From Candidatus Atribacteria bacterium (lineage in GTDB: Bacteria > Atribacterota > Atribacteria > Atribacterales > Atribacteraceae): 35,780 nt of DNA. A program made the translations under genes and the position numbers. Positions 31,146-35,780 of this stretch are shown here, in pieces. The notes beneath the pieces were generated by a model. The model ran no database searches and was not told where the DNA came from. It was given only the letters and a program-made list of their open reading frames with translations. Positions within the stretch are counted from its first letter, which is position 1, and every line of letters starts with the position of its first letter. Location of the stretch: assembly GCA_026390275.1 (NCBI GenBank), contig JAPLGF010000116.1, positions 1-35,780 on the forward strand, read 5' to 3'.

Positions 31146-32456
31146 TCAATAATATCCCGCTTTTTTCATGACTTTTTCCACTTCCGCTGCGGCGTTATCC
31201 AGGGCTTCTTTTGGTGTCTTTTCCCCAATGAGAGCGGTAGAAACGGCAATACTGACAAAGTCAGCCACTTCCCGCCACTCGGGAAGAATGGGGGTGTAGG
31301 TGATATTGGCATCGGCTAAGGAATCAATGATCAGGTTGGCAAAGAGCGGCCATCTTTCTTTGAATTCCTTGGTGTTGAGGACCGAGCTCCGGGTCATGAA
31401 CGCGCCTTCATTGATGAAGCTCTTCTCTACTTGTTCACTGGTGGCCCATTCAATGAATTTATAAGCGGCATCCGGATTCTTGGAAAATACCGGGATCCCG
31501 AGACCCATGCCAAAGAAGCTGTTTCCTCTCTGGACGGTGCCTTTCGGAACCATGGCATACCCATTTTTCCCTGCTACCTGGGATTTTTCCGGGTCTTCCA
31601 GCCAGGTACCGAGCATGGTGGCATCGATAACCTGGGCGGTTTTGTTTTGCATCATTTCCTGCATGACTTCTTCGTACCCAAAGGTCGCCACTGACGGAGG
31701 TCCGCAGTCCTTGAGGATCTTGATGTAAGTTTCCAGGGCTTTCATACCGTTTTCGTTATTGAAAATCGGTTTCCATTTATCGTCGAAGTAGGACCCCCCA
31801 AAAGATTTCAGGAATCCGTTGTAAATGTAATCGTTATAACCGACAGCACGCAATCCCCGAAGCGTACAACCGTAGAAATCAACCTGGCCATCCTTGTTGG
31901 TATCCAAGTTGAGCTTCAGGGCGTTGGCATAAAGTTCATCCCAGTTCTCCGGAACCTTCAGGGCGTTGGCATCATAAAGGTCTTTCCGGTACATCAGCAT
32001 GGTGCTTTCAATGTAAAACGGGAAGCCGTAAAGCTTGTTTTTCCAGGTCAAAGACTGAACACCAGTGGGGAGAAAATCGTCCAGCTTGAGGTTCGGATCA
32101 GCCAACGGTCCCTTGATATATTGACCAAGATCGATCATCCAGCGGGCTTCGCCATAACCAGCGACATCCCGGTAATCGAGCATGATCACATCATAGGTGG
32201 CATTTCGGGAAGCTAATTCGATGAGTTGTTTTTCTTTCATGGCCGAGAATGGAAGAATGACCAGGTTGACTTTCATTCCGGTCATTTTTTCAAAATCGGG
32301 GAGCAGCTTTTGAATAGCCCGGGTAGCGGAATGGTCTTGCATCTGAACGGTGATTTGAACACCCGAGAACTGATTGTCTGCTGCCAAAGCAACCAGTTGA
32401 ATGGCCAAAACCATAACCAGACCGAGGAGCAGACTTCGGAAAATATTTTTGCCCAT
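31146..32456 (-). CDS. ABC transporter extracellular solute-binding protein, family 1 (sugar/oligosaccharide type)
   Basis: 436 aa. It has a cleavable signal peptide and no lipobox Cys. The composition and length are those of SBP_bac_1. It is the first gene of a four-gene minus-strand operon. Confidence 0.85.
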   Translation of the reverse strand: MGKNIFRSLLLGLVMVLAIQLVALAADNQFSGVQITVQMQDHSATRAIQKLLPDFEKMTGMKVNLVILPFSAMKEKQLIELASRNATYDVIMLDYRDVAGYGEARWMIDLGQYIKGPLADPNLKLDDFLPTGVQSLTWKNKLYGFPFYIESTMLMYRKDLYDANALKVPENWDELYANALKLNLDTNKDGQVDFYGCTLRGLRAVGYNDYIYNGFLKSFGGSYFDDKWKPIFNNENGMKALETYIKILKDCGPPSVATFGYEEVMQEMMQNKTAQVIDATMLGTWLEDPEKSQVAGKNGYAMVPKGTVQRGNSFFGMGLGIPVFSKNPDAAYKFIEWATSEQVEKSFINEGAFMTRSSVLNTKEFKERWPLFANLIIDSLADANITYTPILPEWREVADFVSIAVSTALIGEKTPKEALDNAAAEVEKVMKKAGYY

Positions 32457-32961
32457 TATTGTCCCTCCTGTGCTTCATTTCAAAGTGAATAGGGAGAACA
32501 CCATCACGATAAGATCCCTACCCTCTTCCCATTCATTCCCTTCCTTTCCATGAGAACAGGGCACCCTGTTTTTCCTTCTCAAAAAACAATGGTAAGTGAG
32601 TTTTTCCATCACCTCCTCCTATGGATCATGCAAGTATTCTATCAAACGTATATACCTGTCTATACCAGTTGAAAAAAGATACCAAATGGCTTTATGACTG
32701 TCAAGAGAGGGAAAGAAATTATAGACCAAATAACAAATGGAGGATACTACCCTTAAATAAACATCCTCAAGAAAAAAGGGTAGAATAATATGATCAGATT
32801 TGAATTTTTCGACTAAAAAAGGACCTTCGGTAAAAGGATTGTCTCAACCCCGAAGCCAGATGAAACAAAAAAAGAAAAACGCCCAGATCGTTTCCATCAG
32901 GCAAATCAATCCTTGACTCTGGTAGAACACTCCATCATTTTCATCCAGGAGGCTTCCGAAA

Positions 32962-34356
32962 ATGGCAACCGGTATTGTAATCGCCGCCACGCACAGTGGT
33001 GCAGGAAAAACCACTGTAACACTGGGTATTCTCCGGGCACTCTCCAAACGGATAGAAGTCGAACCATTTAAGGTGGGACCGGACTACATCGATCCTGCTT
33101 TCCACCAGTATGCCTGCCGAAAACCATCCCATAATTTGGACTACTACTTATTGGGCGAAGAAAAACTCCGGCAACTCTTTTTCGAAAAGGCCTCTCCGAG
33201 TGGTTTGTCCGTGGTCGAGGGAGTCATGGGTCTGTATGATGGAATAAATGCAACATCCGATGGAAGCACTGCCCAGGTGGCCAAAATCCTGCATCTCCCG
33301 GTCCTATTGGTGGTCGAGGCAGGATCGTTGGGGGCAAGTGTATCGGCCATGGTCCTGGGGTATGTCCATTATGATCCACATGTCCACATCGCAGGGGTCA
33401 TCTTTAACCGGGTGGGAAATGCCAGACATTATGAGCTTTTAAAATGTTGTGTGGAACGAGACGTCGGAATTCCCGTTGTCGGGTATTTACCGGTAGATTT
33501 GTCCATTCAGTTTCCGGAACGACACCTGGGATTGGTTCCCTCCGGAGAAACTGAGCAGTTAGAAGAACGATTAGAGAGACTATCCTCCCAGGTAGAACGA
33601 ACGGTGGACCTGGACGCCATCCTCCAGATTGCACAGCAGGCTGGAAGGATAACCTCTGTATCATCAACCCCTTCGTTCATTCCCCTTCCTACCGACCTCA
33701 CCATTGCCATCGCCTCTGACAACGCATTTAATTTTTATTACCCGGATGGGTTAGAAGTCTTCCAACGTTGCGGTGCCCGGCTCCTTTCTTTCAGCCCGCT
33801 CCACGACACTGCCCTTCCTCCCGGTACTGATGGCCTGATCCTGGGTGGAGGATTTCCGGAAGTATTTGCCCGGGAGCTGTCAGAAAAGGTGACGATGAAA
33901 CACTCCCTCCGTCGGGCCATACAGGACGGGCTTCCCACCTATGCCGAATGCGGAGGCCTCATGTACCTGACCGAAGAGATCATCGATTCCAAAGGAGAAT
34001 CTTTCCCCATGGTAGGTGTTTTCCCGGTTCGAACCAGAATGGGACACCAGCTTGATCACTTCGGATACGTGGAGGTGCAGGTGACACACGACAACGTTCT
34101 TTCCCAAGAAGGAGCCGTCTTCCGGGGACACGAATTTCACTATTCAACTCTGGAAGGGTCTCTTCTTCCCACTTGCTACCGGGTTCAAAAACCGGGAAGA
34201 AACGAAAGCTGGGAATCGGGATGGTGCTACCAGAATTGTTTAGCGTCTTATGTTCATCTTCATTTCTATGCCTACCCGGAGTTGGTGATTCGCTTCCTGG
34301 AATGTTGCCGGAAAAATAAACCGGACGAGGGAAAAAAGAAGGGGAGGAAGAGATAA
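32962..34356 (+). CDS. cbiA: cobyrinate (or related tetrapyrrole) a,c-diamide synthase
   Basis: 464 aa. It has an N-terminal P-loop (IAATHSGAGKTTVTLGI, PFKVGPDYIDP) and a C-terminal GATase domain (YAECGGLMYL, GHEFHYS). AGGAGG lies upstream. Confidence 0.88.
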   Translation: MATGIVIAATHSGAGKTTVTLGILRALSKRIEVEPFKVGPDYIDPAFHQYACRKPSHNLDYYLLGEEKLRQLFFEKASPSGLSVVEGVMGLYDGINATSDGSTAQVAKILHLPVLLVVEAGSLGASVSAMVLGYVHYDPHVHIAGVIFNRVGNARHYELLKCCVERDVGIPVVGYLPVDLSIQFPERHLGLVPSGETEQLEERLERLSSQVERTVDLDAILQIAQQAGRITSVSSTPSFIPLPTDLTIAIASDNAFNFYYPDGLEVFQRCGARLLSFSPLHDTALPPGTDGLILGGGFPEVFARELSEKVTMKHSLRRAIQDGLPTYAECGGLMYLTEEIIDSKGESFPMVGVFPVRTRMGHQLDHFGYVEVQVTHDNVLSQEGAVFRGHEFHYSTLEGSLLPTCYRVQKPGRNESWESGWCYQNCLASYVHLHFYAYPELVIRFLECCRKNKPDEGKKKGRKR

Positions 34357-34445
34357 AGGCACACCCCCCAACTCCACATTTTTACCCGATTAACGACTCA
34401 CGGTTCTTACCAACTCCACACCATTCTCAGGGTAGAGAGGAACTC

Positions 34446-35573
34446 TCACCTTCTTGAATAGATCTGTCGGCTGACTTCCTCCACTGTTTCCAGGAGAATT
34501 TCCACGTTCTCCCAGGGAACATCAGATTGCAGGGTTTGGGCAACAGTGACCATGGTCGCCCCTCCCGGGGCCCATACCTCCACCAAACGAGAGATATCTT
34601 CCCGTACCGTAGCCGGTGAATGGCTCAACATGGTACTCTGCATCCCAATTCCACCCCACAGCGCCATACGATCCCCATAGCGTTTTTTCACCACATATGG
34701 ATCCATGCACTCCGGTTGAACCGGGTTGAGGATGTCAAAACCGGCATCAATGAGCCCCGGACATATGGTTTCTATCGCCCCGCAACTGTGATAAAAGGCA
34801 AAGGCCTGCGGGTTGATTCGGTGAATCGTTTCTGTTATGGTTTTCCAATAAGGCTGGATCCATTTTCCCCACAGTCGGGGACTGATGAGAAGACTCTGCT
34901 GGCTCCCCATATCACCATACAAACACAGAATGTCCGCCCCAAGATCAGAGAGAACAGTAACCATTTTTTCCACCAGGGTGGCCACCCGGCGAATAACGGC
35001 TTCTGCCATTTCCGGCCGGTCTACTAAATCAATGAAAAACTCATCCATCCCTCGCAAGGCATAACACCATTCGTTGATGCTTCCCGAAGGAACGGAGACC
35101 ATATACCCACGTTCCCGGATCGTTCGGATTGTCTCCCGCAAAACCGGTTCCGGTTCAAAAATAGGAAAGGGATAATCATCAATCTCGCGCGGAGTTTGAA
35201 ATGATTTCCAGGGGTGAAGATCCATCCCCAAAGGGAACCTGTCTCCTGCCACATGGGCCACTCCAAAAGCGTCAAAGGTGGTTCCCGGGGGAACCGAATC
35301 ATAATAGACGGAGAAATCAGTTGCCTGGGGAGTGAGAGGAGCCAGAACAATCCGGATATCATAGTCGAAAAATTCCTCGGGTTTCATCGCTCCCGTATGA
35401 GAAACGAAAATATCCCGATATGTTTCGTCAATTCCCGAAGAAGCACCAATATCAAGGGTCCGGGGCATCCGGTCCGGGATCTGATGCTGAAATGTCCGTC
35501 GCACTCGTTCTCGCGGGCTCATGGTATCGTTCATGGGTTTCGCCATCTTCAAGGTTGAGAAATAGGCGGGCAT
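34446..35573 (-). CDS. URO-D family / MtaA-like protein, paralogue 4
   Basis: It has MSPRERVRRTFQHQIPDRMP and YHSCGAI...GFDILNPVQP...LWGGIGMQ...PGGATMVTVAQT. The start is uncertain: in-frame ATGs lie at 35573, 35546, 35534 and 35522, and none has a clear SD. Confidence 0.75.
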   Translation of the reverse strand: MPAYFSTLKMAKPMNDTMSPRERVRRTFQHQIPDRMPRTLDIGASSGIDETYRDIFVSHTGAMKPEEFFDYDIRIVLAPLTPQATDFSVYYDSVPPGTTFDAFGVAHVAGDRFPLGMDLHPWKSFQTPREIDDYPFPIFEPEPVLRETIRTIRERGYMVSVPSGSINEWCYALRGMDEFFIDLVDRPEMAEAVIRRVATLVEKMVTVLSDLGADILCLYGDMGSQQSLLISPRLWGKWIQPYWKTITETIHRINPQAFAFYHSCGAIETICPGLIDAGFDILNPVQPECMDPYVVKKRYGDRMALWGGIGMQSTMLSHSPATVREDISRLVEVWAPGGATMVTVAQTLQSDVPWENVEILLETVEEVSRQIYSRR

Positions 35574-35780
35574 TGATCATTATCATTATCCACGATATCC
35601 GGGCCAAGGGGAAAATCGGGGTTGGTACTTTTTCGCACGATCAGGTTCGTCTCCAAAATGAGGTGCTCCAACACTTTTTTCTTCCGATTCACCATTCTAT
35701 GGAAGAGTTCGAACGATTGAATCCCCAGTTCCCGCATCGGATAATGAATCGTGGTCAGGGAAGGATCGAAAAAGGACGAG
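35549..35780 (-). CDS. LacI/GalR family transcriptional regulator, C-terminal part (5' end lies outside the window)
   Basis: The reading is open to the window edge: SSFFDPSLTTIHYPMRELGIQSFELFHRMVNRKKKVLEHLILETNLIVRKST. This matches the usual LacI-family C-terminal pattern (LTT..QP..E.G..A...L......G.........L..R.ST). Confidence 0.7.
   Translation of the reverse strand, partial: SSFFDPSLTTIHYPMRELGIQSFELFHRMVNRKKKVLEHLILETNLIVRKSTNPDFPLGPDIVDNDNDQCPPISQP

Noticed and set aside
32457-32961. A cobalamin riboswitch, LacI operator or small RNA in the 505-nt divergent region upstream of cbiA and the ABC operon
   Set aside because: I found no B12-box-like GCCACTG or conserved riboswitch core by eye. 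There are only short, weak palindromes (GTATATAC, AAACG-n7-CGTTT), an 8-bp stem CTACCCTT/AAGGGTAG with a 20-nt loop, and a 7-bp hairpin with a T5 run at about 32552-32575 that has no upstream gene to terminate. None is distinctive enough to call without a covariance-model scan.
34368-34420. An 11-bp direct repeat CCAACTCCACA (34368-34378 and 34410-34420) in the convergent gap after cbiA
   Set aside because: A single short repeat pair with no hairpin or associated element. An 11-mer recurring within about 50 nt somewhere in a 36-kb window is not clearly beyond chance.

Overview
This is a chromosomal window from a moderate-GC bacterium, probably an anaerobe and probably diderm. I saw no rRNA, tRNA, CRISPR array, transposase or integrase. 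From left to right it holds:
- a Liv-type amino-acid ABC operon with a damaged binding-protein gene;
- secreted hypothetical proteins;
- four divergent URO-D/MtaA-like paralogues. One is the last gene of a CUT1 sugar-type ABC importer operon. Another overlaps a LacI-family regulator gene next to a lone cbiA;
- two HD-GYP signalling proteins;
- a large cohesin/PKD/MORN surface protein;
- an Rrf2-hcp-cupin module with a clear promoter and operator;
- transketolase, and a flavoredoxin plus iron-sulfur flavoprotein pair;
- a Kelch propeller protein and lipoate-protein ligase.

Three things stand out.
1. A decayed family-1 encapsulin shell gene lies at 9948-10325, hidden under spurious ORF calls.
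2. A roughly 5 kb GC-rich island (20855-25793) carries a tightly coupled cheR-like, hybrid histidine kinase and REC-HD-GYP cassette. It has no MCP, CheA, CheW or CheB.
3. The density of disrupted genes is unusually high. At least six have in-frame stops, frameshifts (some at G/C homopolymers) or internal deletions. This means either real gene decay or a consensus with many indel errors.

All calls come from reading the translations and the DNA by eye. No database search was run.
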